Origin: Torpedo marmorata
Lineage: Eukaryota
NCBI GenBank assembly: GCA_977017645.1
Contig: OZ360242.1
Coordinates: 16,368,001 to 16,432,000 of the forward strand
Length of the DNA stretch: 64,000 nt
Reading direction: 5' to 3'
Position numbers and translations under genes: made by a program
The notes under the pieces: model-generated
Seen by the model: the letters and a program-made list of their open reading frames with translations, nothing else
Told to the model about the DNA's origin: nothing
The model's database searches: none
Shown: positions 49,401-62,074 of the stretch, piece after piece
Layout: the number at the start of each line of letters is the position of its first letter
How positions within the stretch are numbered: position 1 is the stretch's first letter

Positions 49401-51355
49401 AGAGAAAGGGGAATCTAATTTCGTCTGATCGTCTTGATCCAATCTCGGCAAATCAATCTTGGACAAAAATTCATCTATTTTAGTTAAATCTTTAGGTGAC
49501 TGATTTATACAGCTCAGTATAGAATTGCTTGAATGTATCGTTTATCTCTTTTGGGTTGTGTGTTATCTTGTCTGATCCCAACTGAATCGCATTAATTGTC
49601 CTCGATGTCACTTCCGCCTTCAATTGCCAAGACAAGACCTCTCACCTAATTCATAATATTTTTGCCTGGACCTCAAAATGGTTTTCTCCATTCGATATGT
49701 TTGTAGAGTGTTGTACTTAAGCTTCTTATTAACCAGAATTTGATATTTTTCCTTTGAGACAGATTGTTGATATTCCTTTTCCAACTCTAGAATTTCTCGT
49801 TCTAATTCATTTACATCTGCCAGATGTTTTTTCTTTACATTTTTAGTGTTCGAAATTATTTGTCCCCTCAAATAAGCCTTTAAAGTATCCCATATTAAAA
49901 AACTGTTATTAGTGGAGGGGCAATTTGTTTCACAAAACAAATTTATCTGACCCCTTATAAAGTCACAAAAATCTGTCCTTTTCAACAGCGTGGAATTAAG
50001 GCGCCATTTGTATACGTTAGCCTGTTTTTCTGGCATAACAATAGATAGAATCAAAGGTGCATGATCTGATAATAGTCTGGCTAGATATTCCGGTTCGATC
50101 ACTCTGCCTTCCAGCTGCGCCGACATTAAAAAAATAGTCAATTCTAGTATAGGAATCATGGGGTTCAGAGTAAAAGGAGTAATCTCTGGCTTGTGGGTGT
50201 AACCATCTCCATGCATCTATTAAATTTAGATCTTTCATAAAGGCCAGCCTTGGAATTGAAAGAGGACGCAAACACCTGTCACACCCATTCCCTCTTTAAT
50301 TTGTTATGTTCTTTATTTGTGAGGTGAGTTTCCTGCAAAAAGACTATATCCACCTGCATTTTTTTTAAGGTGTGCCAAAACTCTTTTCCTTTTTATGGGT
50401 CCATTTAATCCATTAACATTAAAACTAACAAATTTTATAGTCTTATTCATTATAGTGTTCATACATTACTATGTTATTTTCATAGCCCCTTAGTATATTT
50501 CTTTCCCAGTGTACATTCTCCCTTATAAGGAAACACATGTATTTCCCCTGCACTGACAGTGACGTCATCAGGAAACCCCAAAAGCCTGCGAAAAAAAATT
50601 TGCAAGGCAAAAAGAAATTCCCTCCCCTTTTTTCCAGTGCCATTTTTCAAAACAACCCTTCTCCTGGTGCCATCAGCCCCCTTAATTTGAAGTACACTGT
50701 GCCCATCCTACCATAACTTCCCAGCCCTTCCCGGGCTCTCCTTATATTTTTACAACATTTTCTTATAATAAAATACACCCCCGCAATTCAATATACAATA
50801 ATCCAACCCCTCCACCTTCTTTTACACCACATGGTCCGCCCCATCTCTTTTACTCAACGTCTATTTATATCCTCCGCGATTCTTTCAGTCCTTGTGCCGT
50901 CTCCTTTCCCGTGTCGAGGAAAATCTACTAGTCACAGAATTAACCCATGCAGAGACGTTCAGGGTAGAGCTTCAAGAGACTTTAATCATGACATTGTCAC
51001 GGAGAGCTTGCCCAGTCCGCACTGAGTCAATGCTCTGCTTTCTGCTTAATCTTGTCTGTTTGTATACAGTGTAGTAAACAACTTTTTACAATGAAGCAGT
51101 CATGGGCTACACAAGGTTTCAATAATTCCATCGATTAATCATTTAGAACTTCATTCTATCTTCTAAACACATAGTTTCTGTCTCTTGATGATAACACCCA
51201 GCTTGCAGTAAAGTTGATAAGGAAAAAGGAGTTACTGTCTCATGTCCTGTTACATCCTTCAAGACCTTGAAGGCTTTCCGGCCCCTATGAGTATGCTTAT
51301 TAACCCATTGAGGTCGGAGTAACATTTTTCCTTCTACAAATCCCTCCTTGTGGAT

Positions 51356-52435
51356 CTACAGATCCACATCACGCCCTTCTGATGGGAAGGGAGGATCATA
51401 TCCTTGCGGAAATGGTCGCATCTGCAAACACACTTCTTCATTATAAGATTCCTGCATGCGACTACAATTTTTTATTCTGTTCCTATTAATGCGCACATGT
51501 TCCTTGAGCTGGGCTACAAGCGTCATTGCAGTATTTATCAACTGCTTTACCCTGAGCCATAATACGCAAGTCACAACTAAAAGTAACAGAATAAAGATCC
51601 CCACTACCACTATAGGATGTATTGCTAATTTGAGGACGGCCGAGGCTTTTGGGGACCACCCCTTGAAAATGTCCCACCAATGGTGCACCGTGAGTGAGGT
51701 CACCTGATCCGATATTCGAATCAGTTGACCCTCCTTGTAGCTCATTTCCACTGTCATTTGTCGGAGGTTACGTCCTCTCTGAGCCAAGGCATTGGTTATC
51801 TCCTGTCCATTCTTAATAAGAGTGTGTAATTTGTTAAGACTGATGACTGGGGGCAAGAGCTCAATATGATTAACACTCATATATTTTTTTCATGTGCTTC
51901 CACTGCCCCAAATAGTGGGTCCTATTGGTATGGGGGTCCAGAATCATCCTTACTCCTTTATAACAATTATTTATGGGGGGCTTAAAAAGAACGCCATCCA
52001 AGTTTTCAGCCCACACACTAGATATGCAGACATGGCCCTCACCTATCTCAGAAATCACCGTCTCATTGGAGAATTTCATTTCCCACTTACAAGTTCCATT
52101 GGCGTAATATTGAACGTCAAATCCAACTGCATACTTCCCCCACCTCGGCTAGTCGAGTAAAATACAAATTGACCTCTCCCTGTTCTTTTCCTACATCCCA
52201 TCGGGCATCTAACCACTTCGATCCCTACCACACATCGTTGGCCAGCCGGGCATGTAAAGTTTCCTTGGGTCTGGTTACTGTTGGTTGCCCTCCAGACTAA
52301 GGAGGTCCTCCATTCTTTATAACTTCCTTTCTCAAAAGGGATAGGCCCTTTTGGTTCCACCACTTCCGCCACTGAAGTCTGATAGGTGGGTGCCAAGAAC
52401 AGACCCACCAAACTCAGAATCACAAACTCATTCAT
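51356..52435 (-). pseudogene. env: ERV env, short (probably internally deleted) and frameshifted
   Basis: Signal peptide MNEFVILSLVGLFL; Cys-rich segment; HHWWDIF..WSP pre-TM segment and hydrophobic TM (IVVVGIFILLLLVVTCVLW) just upstream of the PPT. Confidence 0.75.
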
Positions 52436-52473
52436 GTCAAGCGTTTTACAAAGTCAATCAGAAGGCTACAAAG

Positions 52474-55400
52474 TCAATCAAAATGGAAAATCTTGCATCG
52501 GGCGGCGTGTACCCAGTCCGTTCTTCCGTCTAGCTTTAATGCCGTCCGAGTTGTCAGCAACACTTGGTAGGGTCCTTTCCACCTAGGAGAGAGATTATCC
52601 TTTATTAAAGCCTTGACTAATACCTGATCCCCCCGGCTGGAAAGGATGCACTTCCCCACTGCTCATGGGAATCTGGTTTTGTTTCACCTGGTTATGTATC
52701 CTGGCCGCAGCCTCACTCATAGCCTGAGCAAACCTTAAGGTATTATCATTCCAAATCAAAGCCACCTTTTCAGGGGCTAATGGTGGACTGATTCCCGTAG
52801 GCATAGGTCGTCCCATGAGGACCTCGTGGGGCGTTAACCCTGTGCTGCGATTTCTTTGATTTCGCAACATATACATAACAACAGGTAAGGCCTCCGGCCA
52901 CCTTAATCCCGTCTCATTGCATGTTTTGCTTAATGCTGTTTTAATTTCTCCATTCATTCTTTCCACTATTCCTGACGACTGGGGCTGATAGGGCAAATGC
53001 AACTTCCACTGGAATCCCATTGCCTGCGCAAGGGCCCCTACTATCTTGCCCGTGAAATGTGTTCCCCTGTCGCTATTAAATGCCATTGGCATTCCATATC
53101 TAGGTATCAGCTCTTTCAATAATATTTTTACCACTGTCCTAGCATCGTCCTTTTTCGTCGGGTATGCCTCTACCCACCTGGTAAACATGTCCACTACTAC
53201 TAACAAATACTTGTACCCTGTGGCTGGGGTCATATGTACAAAATCAATTTGTAAATTTTCAAACGGGGTGCTCGGCATGGGTAAGTGATCATATTTTGCA
53301 GGTGTTTTTCCTCTATTATTTTTCTGGCATATTAAACAGGTTCTTACTACTTTATCAATAACAACAGTGATGCCTGGCGCATACCACTGCGTGGTAATAT
53401 TGTGTGCCATCCCTCCTTTGCCCATGTGAGCCTGACCATGAGCCAGGCGAGCAAGGGGCAAAAACAAAGATCGTGGGCAGGCCACCCGGCCATCCGGGTG
53501 GCACCACGTGCCCTGGCGCAGAATGCAACCTTGCTTTTCCCAGGTCCTTTGTTCTTGTGGGGTAACCTGGAGCTGGGCCTCACGCAACGAAGCAGCATCA
53601 ATCTTCCCCATATCAGAGGGGGGCTTACCCTGTGCCATTAGTAAAATGGGAGCCTGGGCTAAGGCCACTCGTTTGGCAGTGGCATCTGCAGCGGCATTGC
53701 CTCTGGATACCTCATCCTCTCCCCCAGTATGGGCCTGACATTTGATAATAGCCAGTTTTGCAGGCAGCTGGATTGCCTCTATCAACTGCAATACCAATTT
53801 GGCATGTTTGATGTATTTTCCCCCTGTTGTAATAAAACCCCGATTCTTCCACAACTGTCCAAAGTTGTGGACCACCCCAAAAGCGTACTGGGAATCTGTA
53901 TATATATATATTGGCCGATTTTCCCTTTGCAAGGATACAGGCTCGGGTGAGGGCAAACAGCTCGGCGGCTTGTGCCGATGTTCCTGGGGGGAGCGCAAAG
54001 GCTTCCTCCGTTCCATGCGGACCTTCAATCGCATACCCGGCCAAAAGTACATTGTCTGCTGGTCGATGAGAGGATCCGTCGGTAAAGAAAATAAGTTCTG
54101 GATTGTCCAAGGGCTCAGTGGCCAGATCCACCCTGGGACTGGTAGATGTTTCCACTATAGCCACGCAATCATGCAGATCCTGCTCTTGTGATGTCGTCGT
54201 TGGTATATAAGTTGCTGGATTTACTGCCAGGGATCGCCGATAAGTGAAATTTGGATGTGAGAGGAGTATTACCTCGTACCCCATTCGCAGTGACGCGGTG
54301 AAATGTTGTGTGGCTGCTGAGTTCAGGAGCAACAAAACAGCATGGGCCGTTATAACTGTACACGGGCAATCAAACACGATAGTAATCGCCTTTTCTACCA
54401 TCATGGCGGTGGCCGCCACTGCCCGTAGACAGGCCGGCATTCCCCGTATGACTGGCGGAAGTAAAAGCGAATAATAAGCTACCGGCCTTTTCAGGCCGCC
54501 ATGGTCCTGTGTGAGGACAGCGGTTGCAAAGCCCTGTCTTTCATTCACGAAGAGCTGAAATGGCTTCTTGGGATCTGGCAGTCCAAGCGCAGGGGCGCTA
54601 GTAATGGCCTCCTTCAGGGACCTGAAAGCCTGCTCACGCTCTTCCGTCCACTGCACTTGTGCCGGTGCATCCTTCGTAGTTGCCGACCGTAACACTGCAT
54701 CCCATTCTCGGTAGTCGGGGATCCATTGACGACAATAACCGACCATCCCGAGGAAGGACAGGACATCTTTCTTCGTACGAGGTACCGGAGTGTCACATAT
54801 AACCTGTACTCTCTCTGGGCCTAATTGTCGCTGCCCCTGCTGCAGGTAAAAGCCCAGATATTGGACCCTATATTGGGCAAACTGGAGCTTGTCCAATGCT
54901 ACTCGGTGCCCTCTTGCCTCCAAGTGTGTCAATAGGGTCACGATATCAGTAGTGCAGGCCGGGCCGTCCTGCGAGGCAGTCAGGAGGTCATCAGCATATT
55001 GCAGCAACACAGAGACTTCATAGTGGACAGTCTTCCAAATCCCTTTTTACCGCTGCCGCGTATACAGCAGGGCTCTCAATGTAGCCTTGTGGCAATCTAG
55101 TCCATGTATACTGCTGGTTCTTGTAAGTAAAAGCAAAGAGATACTGGCTGTCCTTATGCAAGGGAATAGAGAAGAAAGCTGAGCACAGATCGATCACCGA
55201 GAACACCTTGGCGGATGCCGGGAGGGAGGATAAAATAACATTGGCGTCCGGAACGACAGGGGCAATGGGGACAACTATGCGATTAACAGCCCTTAAGTCC
55301 TGCACAAAACGCCATTCCCCTGGCTTATGGACTTTTGGAATGGGCAGGATGGGCGTGCTGCACGGGCTTTGAGTAGGGATCAGAACATCCTGTTGCAATA

Positions 55401-56596
55401 GTGCCTTTATGACAGGAGCAATGCCTTCTTCGGCCTCGGGGGACAGCCGGTACTGCCGTATGCAGGGTAGGACCGCATTTTTATTCAAAACCACTCTATG
55501 GGGAGTGGCCGAGTGTACCTTCCCTACATGGTTTTTATGTCTTGCCCATATGTCAGGGGGCACCAGCCTCAATGCAGACGGCAATTTTTCGTCTGATTTT
55601 TCAGGGGGCTGCTGGCGCCTGAAAAAGGTTCTGTAACAATGTCGGCACCAGGTAATGCAGCCGCTCCACTCGGAAATCATCTCTATCTGTGCACGACCAC
55701 TTGGTAACTTAACCGTTTCCTGTGCCCATGGGTGATAAGTCTCTGATCGCTGTTCCGCCTTTAATGCCAGTATCATGGGACCCAGGTCCTTCGCAGTAGA
55801 CGGGGGTTTCACGGCCAGAGTCAAATGGGGAACGGAACCCTTTACCTTGAACCTTTTCCACTGTTCTGCTGTTAAAAGGGCCTCCACTCCCACTCCATGT
55901 TTTCCAAAGTAAATCACGGACCCTTCCAATTTTTCCTCCTTATCCAAATACGGGGACACTCGGTCCTGATACTCAGGGTCCTCCAGATAAAAGAACTGGG
56001 CGGTGCAGTGTAATGGCACCTTTTCCATGCTGGTTTGCAGAATGAACTGGCACCCTCGCAGCTAGCTGGTTGCCCCCCATTCCCTTCAAGGCCTCTAGTA
56101 ATTCCTTCAAATCCCGGGAATAAGGATTGCCATCCAGCTGCCAACAATACAAGATGGGGTCTACTCTTTCTGGTTGAGGCACCGGCAGAGTCAACTGCAC
56201 CAATTGAGGAATGCCCTTCGAGGGTACTTCCATATAAATGCCTTGTTCTGTACAGTAAATGGTGGCTCCTAGCTTACATAGGGCTTGTCTCCCTAATAAC
56301 GGTAATGGGGCAGTACTGGAGACAATAAGAGTGTCAGTTATTTGTTGCCCCTGTATTTCCAGGGGCACCGGGAGGGAAAGGGGTTCCTGCATCGGGATTC
56401 CGGCTATCCCCATGCTAACTATGGTAGATCCACTAAGCGGTACTCCCACGGAGGACGGTACAGAGGACATGGTGGCGCCGGTGTCCACCAATAATTGCAA
56501 ATGGCTATCTCCAATTTTCACCGTTACTACGGGCTGATCTTCCATGCCCGACGACAAGCAAACGGAGGGAGCCTGTACCTTCTCTCTGGGGCACCC
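52474..56596 (-). pseudogene. pol: ERV pol: protease, 2H-like domain, RT, RNase H, integrase (several frameshifts)
   Basis: LVDTGA; WRFVQDLRAVN, LPQGY, YADD; FTDGS, SAQAAEL, YTDSQYAF; HxxxH..CxxC, IDF, SDRG, VERMN; PRWKGPY. Confidence 0.92.
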
Positions 56597-58284
56597 TTAT
56601 GCTGATGGGTGATATGGTTGATGAAAGGAGAATTGTGGGGGGTCATAAGTCCCCGGGGGGTTACCTTTTCTTTCCCCTTCTTTTCTTGGGGGGCCCCAAC
56701 AATCTCGGGCCCAATGTCCCTTCTTTCCACAATTACGACACTCACCTTGTGATCGGTCGCGCGGGGACCACGCTCCCCTTCCTCTACCTCTTCCATAATT
56801 TCCCCTTCCCCTGGCAGCCATCTGTCCTCTTCCTCCCTGATAGTACTGTCCTACTTTCGCCCTAGTTTCTTTGTGGGCAAACAAACCCTCTCTATCCATA
56901 TTGGCCAACACTGTTATAGTATCTTGCCATAACTTCCCTTGCCAATCCAACACCTTAATCTTATAAATCCTGGCCTGCTGGGGCAACATACAATTCAATA
57001 GAGTCTGCACTGCCAGGGGCTGGCTTTGTTGCAAGGGTATCCCGGCGTGCTCCTCCCAGCAGCTCTTCCACCTGGCGGCGAAGTCTATCATAGGCTCGTC
57101 AGGTCGTTGCAAACACCGAGTTACCTCCCCGATATCACCGTGCTTTTTTGCTCCTTGCATAATAGCGTCCTTTCCCCTATGTCCCAGCCAGTGCGTCAAT
57201 GATTCATTCCCTTCATTTGCCTGTGTATCATCCCTTCTCCAATCCCCGTTCTGTCCTACGGGGATTTGGAACAAGTCCCGGACCCCATGCCACGAGGTCC
57301 CATAGGCAGCCTGTAACAATATCCTAACGTCCCCGGGCAAAGGGTTATAAATGGTACAGGTTTGCTCCAGCCAGTTGTGAAAAGCTACAGGTTTCTTTAC
57401 CGGGTCAGGGGCTGCAGAAATCATGTCTCTCGCTTCGCCTGGTGTCCAGGGTTTTAGTACGGCGGTGTTACCTATCATTACCCTGGGAAACTGGGTACTG
57501 ACCCCAGATCCCGATGAGGAGTCTGCCTCAACCTTCTTAGTCGTCTTAGCCCGCGTCTGGGGCCCCTCTCTTTCCCTTCTCTCATCCCGGGCGGGTCCCC
57601 TTGCCTGTTCCACCAAGGGTTGTCCTTCTCCTTCCTCCCCTCCTACACCAGGGGCTGGCACGGGTCCTACCGGCCCTCCTGCTGCGGCCTCATTCCCTTC
57701 ATCATCTTCCCTCGGGGTTACAACAGCAGCAGCTTCCATAATCAGCTGCCACCCATCCGACTTCTTTGAGTGCTCTATTCGGGGGTATAATCCTACTGGA
57801 GTTGCACGGGGTGCCGTAGGGTTGTACGGCGGGGGCGTATCTCTTATGCTATCTTTGGGCTCCTTTTTTCCTATTCCCTCCTGCTTTTGCTTTGGAGGCT
57901 GGTGCCTCTTGGCCACCTCCATCCACTTCTGAAAACAATTCAACATATATTCCTTATCCCAATTAGGGTCCCCCCGTCTTCGGCAGTCATATCCCACCAT
58001 TCTTGAATAAGGGGAATTTTAAAACTTCCTCCGTACGGCCAGTCCCCATGGGACCATCCGTACAAGTCGCTACTGAATGTCACAGCGTATCGATCGTCTC
58101 CCGTTTCTCGTATTACCGTATCAGCGGGGGATCCGGGAGGAACAATCGGGTCTCCTACCTTCTGCCGATGCTTTTTTACCGTATCTGCTTTTTTTCGGGT
58201 TTGCTTCTTCATGGGGGGTCCCGATCTAACCTTCACATTGTTCCCGGGAGCAGAGTTACCCGCTCGACCGTTTGAATTTCCCAT
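56597..58284 (-). pseudogene. gag: ERV gag (one frameshift near 58000)
   Basis: MGNSN myristoylation-type start; PPPY late-domain motif; CRNCGKKGHWARDC knuckle; TAA stop in frame with protease. Confidence 0.88.
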
Positions 58285-60419
58285 GGCTGATGTTCTTTTC
58301 TCTCCTGGAGGTAAGCACAGTTAGCACGCACACACACAATACCACATTCAAAACTCCCCACTATTTACAAGCGCTCACCGGTGTGTTCTCCGTTCTGCTC
58401 TTCCCGGGGTCTCGTCCGCCTTGTTATCCTGCCAAATCGGTAGCTACCCTTTATTCTTTGCCTCACCCCTTCGGGATCTTGGCGGTCGCCCCCCTTTCAG
58501 CTGAGGCGACTCCGGGATTTCCTATCACGGCAAACCCCGATTTTCCTCTTTACTATATTTTCTTTGGTTATTTTCTTTGGTTCGTTTTCCTTAAGAATCC
58601 CGTTCTTTAGGGACCTGCCTGACTACGCCAGAATCTGTTGAGGAAAATCTACTAGTCACAGAATTAACCCATGCAGAGACGTTCAGGGTAGAGCTTCAAG
58701 AGACTTTAATCATGACATTGTCACGGAGAGCTTGCCCAGTCCGCACTGAGTCAATGCTCTGCTTTCTGCTTAATCTTGTCTGTTTATATATAGTGTAGTA
58801 AACAACTTTTTACAATGAAGCAGTCATGGGCTACACAAGGTTTCAATAATTCCATCGATTAATCATTTAGAACTTCATTCTATCTTCTAAACACACATAG
58901 TTTCTGTCTCTTGATGATAACACCCAGCTTGCAGTAAAGTTGATAAGGAAAAAGGAGTTACTGTCTCATGTCCTGTTACATCCTTCAAGACCTTGAAAGC
59001 TTTCCGGCCCCTTTGAGTTCATCCAAGACCTTGAAGGCTTTCCGGCCCCTATGAGTATGCTTATTAACCCATTGAGGTCGGAGTAACATTTTTCCTTCTA
59101 CATCCCGACTCCCGTTCCACTCCTACGACCTCTCCCGCAGACCTCGGACGAAGTCCTCTGCCTCTCGGGACGTCGCGAAGAATCTTCTCCCGCCCTCCGA
59201 CATCTCCAGCCTCAATGTCGTGTGGTAGAGCATCAAGTAAGGTATGTTCCTTACCCGCAGCTGTTTCTTCATGGCGTCGAATTCCTTCCAACGCCGCACT
59301 AGGGCTGCGCTTAGGTCCTGGAAGAAGAAAACTTTGTCCGTTCCGATCTCCAGGGGCCTGCCTGTTTCCCTGGCGCGTGCTGCCGCCGCACGAAGGATTT
59401 CCTCTCAGTCCCGGCAGCTCAGCAGTCGCACCAGAACCGGTCGTGGTCTCTGGTTCAGTGTCCTACGGGGGCCGGTGGGCTCTTTTCACCTTCAGAGGGT
59501 TTTTAAAACGATCTTTCCCCAGAACCTCTGGGAACCATTTCTGAAAAATTCCACGGTGTTTCTTCCCTCTGCCCCTTATTTTAATCCAATAATTCTCACG
59601 TTATTTCCTCTATTAAAGTTCTCCATGTGATCCATTTTATCCATGATCTCCTGTTCTTCTTTTCTCCAGTCATTCTTATCTTTTTCCAGGCTCCCCAGCC
59701 TTGTATGTTCTCTGCTGTTTCTTCCATCTTTTCCACACGGGGAGTTAAAACCCCCATTGAATCCTTGAAATCCTTTACGACGTCCAGCACCTCCTTTATC
59801 CAGGTTTCCATTCTATCGAACCTTCTATTCAGGTCCCCAATGGCCTGCGCCGTGTCCGTGGGAGTACTCATCAACTCCCCCTTCGTCTTCCTTTTCTCCA
59901 GTACCATCAATGAGGGCTCCATGTCCCTGCTCCCGTGTGGGGCCTCACCTGACGAATCCGTTGAATTCGGAGACCCTCCTACTGCCAGGAGTTGAGATCT
60001 ACCCTTCTTCCCCATTCTAAAGTTTCTCCTCTGTTAAAATTCAAAAAATCAATATTTATCTTGTTTTAAATCAATGGTGTAGAGAGAGCCCAGGAATACA
60101 CTTCTGCTCAGCTCCTCTGCATCACGTGACCCCGAGTGAGACGTTAAGTTATGTCAAGAGTTGAGAATCCTCTAAATTTGTTGGTTTAGAATAGTGTTGG
60201 CAAGATTGGTTAATAACTGCGGATTTCATTCCCTTAGAAATAGTGAACCAGATGAGTTTTGAGCCAGTCATAGCCACCATACCAGTTTGTTTTAATGTAT
60301 ATTTACTTAAATGCTGAATTGATTTTCACCTGAAGAAACTTGATCAGTACAAAGTCTTGTGGATGAAATCAATATTGCCAAACAAAATGAAATATTACAG
60401 TTAACCCTTGGTTAAAGGA

Positions 60420-61990
60420 TAATCTGGTGCAGTAGGAGACAGCAAAGCTTCACTCCAAGATGAACTCAATGCCTTCTATACCCGATTTGACCACCAGAAC
60501 AAGGAAGAACCACTGCGCACCCCCATGTCCCCTGATGACCCTCTACTGTTAGTATCTGAGGATGACTTGCAGACTGCCTTCAGTAGAGTGAAGCCAAGGA
60601 AAGCACCCGGTCCGGATGGAGTACCTGGCCGAGTACTGAAAACCTGTGCTGACCAACTTGCCACTATATTCACGGATATCTTCAACTCATTCAGACAGGG
60701 AGTAGTACCCAACTGTTTCAAACAGGCCTCAATCGTACTGGTAACCTGCTTAAATGACTACTGACCAGTAGCACTCACATCCACAGTGATGAAGTGTTTT
60801 GAGAGGCTGGTGTCGAAGCATATCAGCTCCTGTCTGAGCGGCAACATGGATCTGTTCCAATTTCCCTCCCCCAGCAACAGGTCTACAGCAAATGCCATCT
60901 CACTGGCTCTACATTAAACCCTGGAACACCTGGACAGTAAAGACTCGTACATCAGGATGATCTTTATCAACTGCAGCTCGGCATCCAACACCATCCCCTC
61001 AAAACTGATCAGCAAACTCCAAGATCAGCGCCTCAATACCCCATTGTGTAATTGGACCCTGGATTTCCTCACCTGCAGACCACAGTGAGGATTAGTTAGA
61101 AGATCTCCTTCAGGATCTACATCCATACCAGAGCAGCACAGACTTAGCCCCCTGCTCTATTCACTTTACACATATGACTGTGTGGCTTGGTACGACAATG
61201 CCATCTACAAATTTGCTGATGAGTAGGTTGTATAACAAGGGGTGATGAGTCAGCATACAGGAGGGAGATTTAAAATTGGCTGAATAGTGTGCGATCAACC
61301 ACCTTGCACTCAATGTCACCCAAACCAAGGAGCTCATTGTGGACTTTAGGAAGGGAAAACCAGAGGTATACGATCCAGTGATCATTGGGGTATCAGAGGT
61401 GGAGAGGGGAGCAAATTTAAATTCCTGTCACTATCTCGGAGGAACTTTCCTGGATCCAACACACTGATGTCATCGTGAAGAAAGCACGTCAGCGTCTCTA
61501 CTTCCTCAGGAGTTTGGTATGACATCGAAAAACTTGGCAAACTTTTACAGATGTGTAGCGTAAAATGTGCTGACCGGTGGCATCGCGACTTGGTATGGGG
61601 ACACCAATACCTCTGAGTGGAAAGCCCTGCAAAAGGTAAGTGGACACAGCCCAGTACATCACAGGCAAAACTCCCCCCACCATCTACATGGAATGCTGTC
61701 GTCTGAGAGCATCAAGGATCCAAACCACCCAGGACGTGCTCTGTTTTCACTGCTGCCATTGGGAAAGAGATATAGGTGCCACAGGAAACGAACCACCAGG
61801 TTCAGTAAAAGTTGCTACCCCTCCACCATCCGACTCCACCTGAATCAGTTTGTTTACATTTTTCTTTTTGTCTACATATCTTTTCTTGAGTACAGTTTTT
61901 TGCAAGTAGAATTCTGCCTGGCCCACAGGAAAAAGAATCTCAGGGTTGTGTGTGATGTCATGTATGTACTCTAACAATAAGTTTGAACTT
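60420..61990 (+). mobile_element. Rex1/Babar-type LINE fragment
   Basis: [29 protein letters not shown] and TCLNDY; 3' end similar to 33344-34482. Confidence 0.8.
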
Positions 61991-62074
61991 TGTCTTGCTG
62001 ACGAGTCACATATTGCAGCTTTCAAATTTATTAATAATTTTTATTTATGTAAATAAAGATGCTGGGGGGGGGGG

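Larger units (their letters stand above)
50912..59102 (-). mobile_element. Endogenous retrovirus provirus (class I / epsilon-like pol), LTR-gag-pol-env-LTR, frameshifted
   Basis: LTRs at 50912-51338 and 58636-59102; 5-bp TSD TCCCG; PBS TGGCGTAGTC(A)GGCAGG (tRNA-Ser complement, 58614-58630); PPT before the 3' LTR. Confidence 0.95.
46796..60133 (-). mobile_element. Full-length L1-clade LINE (ORF1 from 60015, ORF2 about 50430-47011, degenerate), interrupted by an ERV
   Basis: 17-bp TSD GAGTGAGACGTTAAGTT (46779-46795, 60134-60150); A-rich tail; endonuclease (TRIDYF, LSDH) and RT (YRPI, SLDAEKAF, RQGCPLSP, IKYLGI) motifs; coiled-coil ORF1. Confidence 0.92.
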
